Shown here piece by piece: positions 31,892 through 41,080 of a stretch of 64,000 nucleotides of DNA; the first letter of the stretch is position 1; every line of letters begins with the position of its first letter. The stretch is from an uncultured Methanosarcinaceae archaeon (GTDB taxonomy: Archaea > Halobacteriota > Methanosarcinia > Methanosarcinales > Methanosarcinaceae): NCBI GenBank assembly GCA_963847185.1, contig CAWJYV010000001.1:192001-256000 (forward strand), in the 5' to 3' direction. The position numbers were made by a program, and so were the translations under genes. Under the pieces are notes generated by a model. It saw nothing but the letters and a program-made list of their open reading frames with translations. It was not told where the DNA came from and searched no databases.

Positions 31892-32551
31892 TTACAATAT
31901 CCTGATGTCCTCAAGCCTGACATGAAGTCCCGATGGCTTTTGAAAGCACATATTTACCAGAGCCGTATGTGCAAGCCCTATCATACAGTTACCAGGCAGG
32001 AAATACTGGCGGGTTCCAAAGATGGGAGGTTTCTTTACAGTACTGGCAATTCCTTCGAAGGCATGCACATGGTATGCCTGAACATCATGGGCATCTTCTT
32101 TTCTGGCAGCCATGGGACCTACGGTATGGCATTCAATTACGCCTGTGATCGGGTTTGTACTGAGAACTCTCAAAGCGTGATATACAGGACATCCAGGGCC
32201 TGCGGGACGGCCGGTTACTAGATCTCCTTTTTTAATATCCCATTTTTCTACAAGGTCTGCTCTGAAAGGCACTATGAATTTACGTGCTGAAGGCTCATTA
32301 GGGAATGGAAGGAGGACAAAATCATACTCTTTCCCGGTAACGTCTGTGCCTGAGAAAGTGGGATTTCTCACCTGAAGCGATATTTTTTCTCGATTTGCAA
32401 TTTTCTCCGGATACACGGTTTTCTCTATGCTGTAGAAAGGACACATATCTATCTCTATTAATCCAGCTTCGAGCCTGGAAACGAAGTCAGAACATGTCTG
32501 AGAGCCGCAAGCCCCACAGTCTTTACCCGGAGGATTCCATACACCCACCAT
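31892..32551 (-). CDS. (Fe-S)-binding protein
   Basis: N-terminal PGKDCGACGSQTC...CPF putative Fe-S domain; GRPAGPGCP and C-terminal C..H motifs. Confidence 0.8.
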   Translation of the reverse strand: MVGVWNPPGKDCGACGSQTCSDFVSRLEAGLIEIDMCPFYSIEKTVYPEKIANREKISLQVRNPTFSGTDVTGKEYDFVLLPFPNEPSARKFIVPFRADLVEKWDIKKGDLVTGRPAGPGCPVYHALRVLSTNPITGVIECHTVGPMAARKEDAHDVQAYHVHAFEGIASTVKKPPIFGTRQYFLPGNCMIGLAHTALVNMCFQKPSGLHVRLEDIRIL

Positions 32552-33255
32552 CAGTCACCTCTGTATAAGGGATCTGGCATATTCAGTGGTCTGATAACTC
32601 CAAAATGGTTCTTCCATCCGATCTCTTTTTTCCCTATACATACAGTACATACACCAAGTGGAGGGGCACCTCTAAGCATGATCTGGTCAGGCCCTATATC
32701 CGGATGCTCGGTAATCCGTCGCATCAGATATCTCAATCCTGTCCCCTGAATTGCATTTGTTTCTACAATGTCAATATTAGAGACAACTTTTCGGATACTT
32801 TCCCTGAAAACCTCTTTTTCTGCCTGGGATACCAGGTCAGTCTTGGTTACAACTGCCACATCTGCAAGAGCAAGTAAAGGTGCCATTTTCAATGGGGAGT
32901 TTGTTCCTGAGATTGCACTGACGACTGCAATTCCAAGAGATTGTGTAGTGTAAGGAGTACATCTGAGACAGAGGCCTGCACTCTCAATTATAAGGATGTT
33001 TCTTGAAAGACTCTCAGCCCAGCGTAATGCGTCGTCAAGGACCAGAATTCCCATATGGTCAGGACACACATCTCCGGAATAGATCTTTTTGACAGGAATC
33101 TCGAACTCTTCTGCAAGTTCTTGGTCCTCTGTTGCATGTACAACGTCAATTTTCAGGAAGGCAGGAAGTGATCCTTCAGGGAGATTTTTTATAACCTGAC
33201 GAATGACAGCTGTTTTTCCTCCGCTTGGAGGACCTGCGATAATGAGCAGCTTCAT
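32551..33255 (-). CDS. HypB/UreG-like (G3E) GTP-binding protein
   Basis: GPPSGGKT, CPDH, ESAGLCLRC, TKTD, C-terminal CTVC. Confidence 0.88.
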   Translation of the reverse strand: MKLLIIAGPPSGGKTAVIRQVIKNLPEGSLPAFLKIDVVHATEDQELAEEFEIPVKKIYSGDVCPDHMGILVLDDALRWAESLSRNILIIESAGLCLRCTPYTTQSLGIAVVSAISGTNSPLKMAPLLALADVAVVTKTDLVSQAEKEVFRESIRKVVSNIDIVETNAIQGTGLRYLMRRITEHPDIGPDQIMLRGAPPLGVCTVCIGKKEIGWKNHFGVIRPLNMPDPLYRGD

Positions 33256-33261
33256 TTAAAT

Positions 33262-34080
33262 TCACACCCTATTCAGCTGCATTTTCTGTCCGGCTGGAGT
33301 CATCAAAATCTTTGAAGAAACTGATGAAAAAGCAGCTCCCTGTCTGAGTTTTTCTCTGATATGATGGAGCTTGTCTTCGATTAAAGCAAGATCTTCAATA
33401 AGATGCTGCTCTTCTCCAGTCGATTCTATTACAGACGCAACTCCCCCATGTCTCATCACTATGCGTCTGTCTGCCGTAAGAGCAAGATAAGGATCGTGTG
33501 TTACAAGGATGACTGCTTTGTTTCCTCCTTGAAGAGACTGGATGACACGGTCTTTAAAAATACCTGCATTTTCGATTTCATCAAGCAGAAGGATCGGGGT
33601 ATCACCGATTACAAGTGCGTCCGCGATCATAAGGGAACGAGTCTGCCCTCCGGATAAACCGCTCATTCGGCTTTTAAGGCTAATCGCTTCACCTGTAAAT
33701 GTATTTGCAAGATTTACGGTTTCATTAAGCAAGTCTTTCCTGCCTGGTTTCCGTGCCCTGATATGCATAAGCAGGAATTCTTCGACTGAAAGATCTGCCA
33801 GACAGCGTGTATTCTGGGTTATCAGAGCAATCGGTTTGAAGGCTGGTTCTCTTACATAAGATTCGGGAGGTTCCTGACCATCGATAAGGATTCGTCTGCC
33901 TGTAATACTGTCTCCCTGCGCAAGAGTTTCAATATCATTAATTAAAGCTGACTTTCCTGAGCCAGTTGGGCCTACAATCGCGAGAGTATCTCCTGGTCTT
34001 ATTTCTATGGTTTCAAATCCTTCCTTTTCTCCAAATCTGTTTTTCCCAGATTGAACCGTAAGAGTGAATTGCTTTGTCAT
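33262..34080 (-). CDS. ABC-type ATPase without cognate permease
   Basis: GPTGSGKS, LSGGQ, LLLDEIENAG, LVTHD; first gene of an apparent four-gene operon. Confidence 0.85.
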   Translation of the reverse strand: MTKQFTLTVQSGKNRFGEKEGFETIEIRPGDTLAIVGPTGSGKSALINDIETLAQGDSITGRRILIDGQEPPESYVREPAFKPIALITQNTRCLADLSVEEFLLMHIRARKPGRKDLLNETVNLANTFTGEAISLKSRMSGLSGGQTRSLMIADALVIGDTPILLLDEIENAGIFKDRVIQSLQGGNKAVILVTHDPYLALTADRRIVMRHGGVASVIESTGEEQHLIEDLALIEDKLHHIREKLRQGAAFSSVSSKILMTPAGQKMQLNRV

Positions 34081-34120
34081 GTACACAATTGTTAAGATTT
34101 GGTATTTATAAGTTTTTCCA
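34081..34120 (-). promoter_or_regulatory. Promoter (BRE/TATA) with operator-like palindrome at the start codon
   Basis: Minus strand GGAAAAACTTATAAATA about 25 nt before the ATG; GTACACAATTGTTAAG (34081-34096, 13/16 to consensus) abuts the ATG. Confidence 0.55.
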
Positions 34121-34322
34121 CAAAATAGAAGAATTTGTCCTTTAAAGTCAATATCTGAGTAAATCGTTTCCCAAATAGGAAATAAAATATGATAAAATGG
34201 AAAGAATGGATTAATTCAAAGCTATAATTTTTCCTCGGCGACAGTTTGAGGAAATTAATACAAAAATTAGATTGAAAACAGCTATCTGCTTCTTAAGATT
34301 GTGTGAAATTAATCACATATAC

Positions 34323-35315
34323 TCAAATATCTTTACCAGGTGTCAGGTCACATCCAGTACATTGAAGACACATTGTGCGAGATTCACATACACTCAGTGA
34401 CTGACAGTCAAGCATATTCTTGAGCATACCTCCAAGCTTTAGTAGCCTTGCAGCGTCTGGTCTATTGATCTTCACATTTTTTCTAAGAGGATGAGGAGAT
34501 ATAGGTCTGAGAATTGGAATTATGCATCTGCCCGTAAGAAGCTTGATACCCTTCTTGACTGTTTCGTCGCTTTCCCCAAGGCCGATAATGAAGTTTGAAG
34601 AGACCCGATTTCTACCAAATATATTCACTGCATTGTCGAGTGAATCAAGGACATTATAGAGTGAGAGGTCAGGACAAACACGACGGAAAAGCTCGGGGTC
34701 CATAGTTTCTACATTATATTTTATTTCGCATGCGCCTGCAGAGTACAGTTCTTCTGACGAATCATTTGTCGGATAAACAGAAACACCTACTGGAAGATTA
34801 TAATCCTTTGTAAGCTGCTTTACAACCTCTGCCATTCTCTGGACTTCTTTTTTTGGCGAAACAGCTACACCGCTTGTAAGAGAAATTGCCTTCAATTCAC
34901 CTGTCGAATAGGCCTCCCCAACCATCTGAAGAACTTTACTGATGTCTTTTATTCCACCCTGCATCTTCGGAACAGGACAGAACTGGCAGTCGTATATACA
35001 TTTTTCAGATAGCGTGATGTAGGCCTGTTCCGGACAGTGGCAAAGCGGACGCTCAAGCACTCCCCTGGCAATTACCTCATCACCCTTCAAGACGACAACA
35101 TGTTCATCTTCTGGCTCTATATGCAAAGGAGATAGGTTATTGATTGTGAGCCTGACCCTTCTCTTTCCCGATTTGAGGAAGATTGAAGTGCCACCTGCTC
35201 CGGGGCCAGCTGTAGCTTTGCTTTCAAGTTGATCAGGAAAAAGGGAATCATCTACCTGAACACTTCCTATGCTTATAAGATATGCCTTAATATTTGCATC
35301 AAGTTCTTTGTCCAT
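34323..35315 (-). CDS. Radical SAM protein (biotin-synthase-related archaeal family)
   Basis: CIYDCQFC motif, HCPEQA, IIGLGE, C-terminal CxxCxxC (CLQCTGCD). Confidence 0.9.
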   Translation of the reverse strand: MDKELDANIKAYLISIGSVQVDDSLFPDQLESKATAGPGAGGTSIFLKSGKRRVRLTINNLSPLHIEPEDEHVVVLKGDEVIARGVLERPLCHCPEQAYITLSEKCIYDCQFCPVPKMQGGIKDISKVLQMVGEAYSTGELKAISLTSGVAVSPKKEVQRMAEVVKQLTKDYNLPVGVSVYPTNDSSEELYSAGACEIKYNVETMDPELFRRVCPDLSLYNVLDSLDNAVNIFGRNRVSSNFIIGLGESDETVKKGIKLLTGRCIIPILRPISPHPLRKNVKINRPDAARLLKLGGMLKNMLDCQSLSVCESRTMCLQCTGCDLTPGKDI

Positions 35316-35385
35316 AATTATGCACTTCAGAAAGCAAAATATGAAGTGTATTTGCTCAGTACACTTGTCGCGTATTTATTATATT

Positions 35386-35425
35386 GTTTACAATTGTGAA
35401 CCAAATAATATTAACAATTGTGAAC
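35386..35425. promoter_or_regulatory. Two copies of palindromic operator candidate upstream of the radical SAM gene
   Basis: GTTTACAATTGTGAAC (35386-35401) and TTAACAATTGTGAAC (35411-35425), next to an AT-rich TATA-like stretch at 35374-35385. Confidence 0.65.
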
Positions 35426-35863
35426 TTAAAAAGGTTATGACTAGAATTTAATTTTTTTAGTAAGTTGAGTATGAACCGAAAACTAAAGAAGTTCTATTTT
35501 TAACAACTGACGAAGGTTCAAGCCTTTTGAATATCTCAAAATAAGCTCTTTTCGGTGTCTGGAATTTTAATCCAATTTCGATCTTGCGGATTCCACTGCA
35601 TTCCTACTAACGATCTTTTCTGCAAAACTGTCAGCAAGGAATTCAAGTCTGTCTTCCGAACGATTTTTCGTAAATTGATAATAGAGAGCTGTTTCTCTTA
35701 CTTCCCCGTTTTCCACTGATCTTTTGAATTCTCTGAGAGCCCCCTAAACCTTGCCTGCACTTAACAAAAGCAGTGGCTTACCCTCGGATCTTGGGATTTG
35801 TAGCAGTAGACAAATACAAAAGGCAAAAAAGAAATGGAATATGATGTGTTCATGAATTTTTGA

Positions 35864-36694
35864 TCACGTCTGAGAAACGAGCACATCAGAAGCTCGATAC
35901 TGAATTGGAAGTTTTGACTTAGATTGATGGTATTTTGTTTTATTAATAGATCTCAGATCAAATTCTCTAAATACCTCATCGCGTATCGCCAGAAAATCAG
36001 CACTTGTTCTATCCCTTTTTCTTGCTAAGGTTACATCAATTATTTTCTTCACTTTACCTGGACCAGCTGTCATAACAACAATCTTATCCGCCAGAAACAC
36101 TGCTTCTTCAATATCATGCGTAACAAACACTACTGTTTTTTTCTTCTCCTGCCAGATTTTTTCAATCTCCTCCTGCATGCTCATTCGTGTCATTGCATCA
36201 AGGGCTCCGAAAGGCTCATCCATAAAAAGAATCTCCGGATCAACTGCGAGAGCTCTTGCGATTGCAATTCTTTGCTGCATACCTCCAGAAAGCTGGTTTG
36301 GATGATGTTTTTTGTAATCCGACAAACCGACCAATTCGAGATATTCTTCAGCTATCTCACAACGTTTCTTCTCATCAAACCCTTTAGACTCCAGCCCCAG
36401 CTCTATATTTTTGATTACCGTTCTCCAAGGGAGCAGTCCAAAATTCTGGAATATAGCAACTCTATCAATTGAAGGTTGGATAACATCATCTCCGTTAATC
36501 TTAATAGTTCCAGTGGAAGGCCTGTCAAAGCCTGCTATCATATTCAGGAGCGTTGTTTTCCCACATCCACTCGGGCCAAGCAGGCAGATGAATTTTCCTT
36601 CTTCAATCGATAAATCGACTTTTTCAAGAGCTATAGATCTACTTTTGTCCTTCAGCTCGTATACTTTTGATACTCCTTCAACGGAAATAAACAT
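35864..36694 (-). CDS. ABC transporter ATP-binding protein, SsuB/TauB type
   Basis: GPSGCGKT, LSGGMQQR, FMDEPFGALD, FVTHD. Confidence 0.93.
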   Translation of the reverse strand: MFISVEGVSKVYELKDKSRSIALEKVDLSIEEGKFICLLGPSGCGKTTLLNMIAGFDRPSTGTIKINGDDVIQPSIDRVAIFQNFGLLPWRTVIKNIELGLESKGFDEKKRCEIAEEYLELVGLSDYKKHHPNQLSGGMQQRIAIARALAVDPEILFMDEPFGALDAMTRMSMQEEIEKIWQEKKKTVVFVTHDIEEAVFLADKIVVMTAGPGKVKKIIDVTLARKRDRTSADFLAIRDEVFREFDLRSINKTKYHQSKSKLPIQYRASDVLVSQT

Positions 36695-36695
36695 A

Positions 36696-37469
36696 TTAAT
36701 TCACCCTTTCTAAGGACATTCCCCATTGCTTTTGAACCCAGTTTTCCAGAAGCCTGATGGTCTTATCCAATAAAAGCCCTGTTATACCTATGCAAATGAT
36801 ACCAGCAAGTACGAGGTCTGATCGAATAGAATTTCTTGCGTCAATTATTAAGTACCCCAATCCTGATTGAGCTCCAACCATTTCTCCTGCAACCAGAAAT
36901 ACCCAGGCTGATCCCAATGCCATATACAGTCCGTTTGTTATCATTGGAAAAGCTGCTGGAAAGATAATTTTTGACAATAAATATGGTTGTTTGATACCAA
37001 AATTCTGAGCTACTTTAAGGTATACAGGATCTACTTTTTTAACTCCGGAGATAGTTGATAGAAGAACTGGATAAAAAGCCGCTATAAAAATTATCACGAC
37101 AGCAGGCAAATCACCTATTCCAAACCAAAGCACTATAAACGGAAACCATGCAATAGGAGAAATAGGTCTTAAAACCTGCACCACAGGGTCGATAAAAGCC
37201 CACAATTTTCCATAAGATCCAAGAATTAGGCCTAAGATAATTCCTGCAACTGATGCCGTCAAATAGCCAGCTAGGAACCTTAATAAGCTAACTTGGAAAT
37301 GAGTCGTAAGACTGCCATCATTAATTAGTTCAACTATTCCTTCGAGAACTTTAAATGGAGAAGGAAGAAGAGAAGATTCATATCTTCCTGTAAGAACTAC
37401 CATTTCCCAGATCAGAATCAGCAAAGTGAGACTTACAATCGCAGTACCTAATTTTCTTATTTTTACCAT
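36696..37469 (-). CDS. ABC transporter permease, SsuC/TauC type
   Basis: LLPSP, LRPISPIAWFP, GEMVGAQSGLGY, six TM helices. Confidence 0.92.
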   Translation of the reverse strand: MVKIRKLGTAIVSLTLLILIWEMVVLTGRYESSLLPSPFKVLEGIVELINDGSLTTHFQVSLLRFLAGYLTASVAGIILGLILGSYGKLWAFIDPVVQVLRPISPIAWFPFIVLWFGIGDLPAVVIIFIAAFYPVLLSTISGVKKVDPVYLKVAQNFGIKQPYLLSKIIFPAAFPMITNGLYMALGSAWVFLVAGEMVGAQSGLGYLIIDARNSIRSDLVLAGIICIGITGLLLDKTIRLLENWVQKQWGMSLERVN

Positions 37470-37474
37470 TGTTC

Positions 37475-38452
37475 TCACTCTGCCGCTTCAATAAATGAGT
37501 TATCCACAAATTCTGAGTATTTAGGAGGATTCTTTAATTGCCCCATTTCCACAAGATATTGAGATAGTTCATTGTAATCTTTCTCTTCCAGCTTCAGGTT
37601 ATTGTAGGAAATCCATTGGAGTGACATGTCAAGTACATCAGGTTTGATTTTCATATATTTGGTAGCTGTATCTAATACCTCGGGGTCTTTAGACTCAGCT
37701 TTTTCGCCTGCCTTAACGTATTCCTTTATAAATTCTGCTGCAACTGTCGGATTGTTTTTGATGAAGTCGCCTCTAAGCACAAGCCCACAGCATACGGAAT
37801 CTTTCCATAAATCCTGTGATTCAAATAGTACCTTCCCGTTGCCACTTGCTATCGATATTGCTCCAAAAGGCTCGGCTACTATATATCCGGAAATTCTGCC
37901 TTCAGATAAAGCAGCTGGCATTTCAGGTGGCGGGAGCTCTACAATATTCAAATCATTGGATGTAAGATCATTTTCCTTTAACATTTTGTATAAAAGAACG
38001 TTATGAGTTGAAAGCCTGTGAGGAATTGCAAAAGTTTTTCCTTTCAAATCAGCAACCTGTGTAATATCCTTAGATACTATCACCACATTACCATCTCTAT
38101 GCCCCAGGGCAACAGTCTTCAGATCAATTCCTTGCTCCTTTGATTTCATAGCAAGCTCAATTAACATAGAAGCCCCGTCAACCTGACCTGTATTTACCGC
38201 ATCACTAAGTTCAGTCCAGGAGCCAAACTTTATCAATTCCACTTTAAAGTTCTTTGACTCATTTGCCGAAAGATCATTCTCAACATATAGAGGAAGGGCA
38301 TGGGTGAGCGGAAGATAACCAATTTTCACAGTCTTGACTTCAGTTTGCTCAGAGCCTTCTTCTTTATTACCCCAACTGGCAAGACTGAACACCAGGGACA
38401 TTAGTATGACAGCCAGAATAGCTATAGCAATTTTTTTCTTCATCATATCCAC
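37475..38452 (-). CDS. ABC transporter substrate-binding protein, SsuA/NrtA type
   Basis: Signal/anchor peptide, KIGYLPLTHALP, FAIPH..STH, VAEPFG, VCCGLV. Confidence 0.9.
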   Translation of the reverse strand: MDMMKKKIAIAILAVILMSLVFSLASWGNKEEGSEQTEVKTVKIGYLPLTHALPLYVENDLSANESKNFKVELIKFGSWTELSDAVNTGQVDGASMLIELAMKSKEQGIDLKTVALGHRDGNVVIVSKDITQVADLKGKTFAIPHRLSTHNVLLYKMLKENDLTSNDLNIVELPPPEMPAALSEGRISGYIVAEPFGAISIASGNGKVLFESQDLWKDSVCCGLVLRGDFIKNNPTVAAEFIKEYVKAGEKAESKDPEVLDTATKYMKIKPDVLDMSLQWISYNNLKLEEKDYNELSQYLVEMGQLKNPPKYSEFVDNSFIEAAE

Positions 38453-38493
38453 TTCAATTTAAATTTCATTCTTTTTATACTCAATTCGAGTTT

Positions 38494-40509
38494 TTACTTC
38501 CATCCAAGAACCTTTCTTTTCTCCTGAATGTCCGATACAATCCTGTTTGCAAGCTTTGCAGAATCTATTTCAACCACCATTACTGAACCCAGGGTCTTTT
38601 TGGTATCTTCATACAGGAATTTCGTGACTTTTTCCGAACCCTGTACAGGAGGGTGCACACAATGGTACGAATTTATTCCCAGTAATCTGAAACCAAGGGC
38701 AGCTCCCAAGCCCTTTTCATTTGACCATTCGGGGCTTGCAAGTGCAAATGGCATGTCTTTGATATCTTTACCTGAAGCATCAGATAAGGCTCTGAATAAA
38801 GCAGAAGCTCTGGCATTGTCAATACACTCTCCCATATGCCATACTGGTGGAAGGTCAGGCTCTAAAAATTCTCTTAGCTCTCTTCCGGTTTTTTCAAAAG
38901 CTGTTTGGTTGCAGAAACCCAGTTTCATTAAGGGGAACGAAGCGCAGCCATTGGTTAGGACCAGAATGTTATTCTCTATCAGTTTAGCTGCCACATCAGC
39001 AACTGCTTTTTCATAAATAACCCTTGTATTGTTGCATCCTACCAAATTTACTACACCGGCAATCCTGCCTTCTTTCAACGCATCTGCAATAACATTTATA
39101 CTTCCAAAGCGGTTTACAATATATTCCAGTGAAAAGCCTATTTCTGCTTTAACTTCATAATTGGGAATGAAGACCGGGACGTCTCTTCTCGATGCGAAAC
39201 TTTCAACTGCTCTTTCGACTATTCTTTTCGCCAAATTTTCTGTTTCTTTTAAATTTGAGTGAGTATGGTCATAACCATAATGCTCTGCACCTGGCAGCCT
39301 CGTTGAATCACTGGTTGTAATTACTGTTGTTTTAAAGCATTTTGCCACGTCCATGATTGTCGGGAAGATATCCTGAACGTCGGCCACCCAGAGGTCAATT
39401 GCACCGGTTCCGAGTATAAGCTCCGCTCCAATCGCATTTGATAGAGGTATTACCCCTCCATACCGATACATTGCAGAAAGTCCCGAGCAACATATACCAT
39501 AAAACTGAATTCCTTCTGCACCATTTTCTTTTGCAAGACTTACAAATTCCTCACTTCTCCCCTGCTTTATAATCTCACTTACGAGAAGAGGAGAATGCCC
39601 GTGAATTGCGATATTCACATAGCCTTTTTTTAAAGCTCCAATATTTGCCATAACAGTGCTTCTCTCCGGCAGACCGAAAAGACTGTCCATGGCTATTGAA
39701 GACCCGAGGGCGCTAGTCCATGCAAAAGCAAGACCACATCGCAGGAACTGCTGCATAACGTTCTTCCAATCTCCATCGGTTCCTGTGGTTGTTCTATGAA
39801 GAGCTTCAAATACTTCATGATAAGCGCCAACCGGAAGGATGTCTAGATCTTTCCATACCTCTATTCGCTCCGGCGTCGCAAAGGAATTTAATGTTTTATG
39901 TTTGTCAGGTACTGTTCTGGATAAATCCTCAAGAAGAGCATCGACTACCTTCAAAGCGATTTCTTCTATTGTTTTTCCTTCAGTATCGATGCCTAATTGA
40001 TCAGCAGATTTTCTTAATTTTTCCTCGCCTGCGATCGGTAATTTCAGGCTGCCTTCGGCGGAAGCTTTTAAGGCAAGCATTATTTCTCGTCCTCTGGCAC
40101 CATGCGCAGCCACTCCCGCAGCAACCCATCTTAGCAGGTTTCTGGCAACAATAAGGTCTGCGTCTGCTCCACATACCCCCCTGGGGCTTTTCCTGGTGAC
40201 CCTGCATGGTCCGTTATTACAATTGCGGCAGCATATACCCGCCATACCGAAGTTACAATGTGGCTTCTGCTGATCAAAACGATCAAAAGGAGTTTCACAG
40301 CCAACCTTCTCCATATGCAATAGCATACTTTTAACCGCTGGATCGGGAGTTTGTTTTAATACATCTTCCTTTGTTGGAAAGCTTTTTTTGTATTCAGATA
40401 CAGCTTCCGTATAATCAGTGAAGTCTTCCCCACCATGGTGATTGTGACGATCGTGCTTATCTTTGTGAAAATGATCATAAGGATGGGGGTGATTTTCAGG
40501 CAGCTTCAT
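38494..40509 (-). CDS. cooS: Anaerobic CO dehydrogenase catalytic subunit homolog (CooS/HCP superfamily), non-canonical
   Basis: D/B-cluster motif CNFG..GICCRNCNNGPC...CG; C-cluster region HGH, GICC, VGCNN, NGCA, GECID, EK; DVQD in place of DxQC; His-rich N-terminus. Confidence 0.9.
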   Translation of the reverse strand: MKLPENHPHPYDHFHKDKHDRHNHHGGEDFTDYTEAVSEYKKSFPTKEDVLKQTPDPAVKSMLLHMEKVGCETPFDRFDQQKPHCNFGMAGICCRNCNNGPCRVTRKSPRGVCGADADLIVARNLLRWVAAGVAAHGARGREIMLALKASAEGSLKLPIAGEEKLRKSADQLGIDTEGKTIEEIALKVVDALLEDLSRTVPDKHKTLNSFATPERIEVWKDLDILPVGAYHEVFEALHRTTTGTDGDWKNVMQQFLRCGLAFAWTSALGSSIAMDSLFGLPERSTVMANIGALKKGYVNIAIHGHSPLLVSEIIKQGRSEEFVSLAKENGAEGIQFYGICCSGLSAMYRYGGVIPLSNAIGAELILGTGAIDLWVADVQDIFPTIMDVAKCFKTTVITTSDSTRLPGAEHYGYDHTHSNLKETENLAKRIVERAVESFASRRDVPVFIPNYEVKAEIGFSLEYIVNRFGSINVIADALKEGRIAGVVNLVGCNNTRVIYEKAVADVAAKLIENNILVLTNGCASFPLMKLGFCNQTAFEKTGRELREFLEPDLPPVWHMGECIDNARASALFRALSDASGKDIKDMPFALASPEWSNEKGLGAALGFRLLGINSYHCVHPPVQGSEKVTKFLYEDTKKTLGSVMVVEIDSAKLANRIVSDIQEKRKVLGWK

Positions 40510-40614
40510 TGTTCAAAGACCTCTATAAGTTTTACTGAATCCAACAAGGACATCTTCATTCCTGGGTAGTTTTTATCAAGTATCTAAGGGACTACGAGCT
40601 TTCAAGCTCACATC

Positions 40615-40657
40615 TGCCTTATATAATAGCTTTAGAGTTTTGTTCACAATTGTGAAC
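40615..40657 (-). promoter_or_regulatory. cooS promoter with perfect 16-bp palindrome
   Basis: GTTCACAATTGTGAAC at 40642-40657; TATA-like TTATATAA at 40619-40626. Confidence 0.7.
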
Positions 40658-41080
40658 TGGCAAAATACCAAACTCACTGCTGATATTTAAATGTTGATTT
40701 TAAGGCAAAAATCTCCTGGAAAATTCAGTACAGAGCACAAAGACTACAGAGAATATACAGAAAACCAAGAACCACAGCATGTAAAAGGCTATAGAGCAAA
40801 GGTTTCCATCAAATTAGTAAATAGTATCAGTTATATTGACTTATCAAATGTCAGTTCAATAAATGACTTACTTTCTTTTTTATTTATCTTACTATCTTCC
40901 TAATTTGCTTCTGCAGCAATAAGAATGTCAGATCGGTCTCTCTGGCAAATAAATTAAACAGAATTGGTAATAAAAATCGTTTAAGGCAGAAATTGCCTAA
41001 AAATGCCATTTTTTATATTAAGACTAATTCTAACTTCAAGCAGAAGAACTAGATATTAAACAAAAAATTCAGGTACGAGC

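Noticed and set aside
35500-35800. Coding-like minus-strand relic between the radical SAM and ABC ATPase genes
   Set aside because: Broken by stops and shifts, with no family I can recognise
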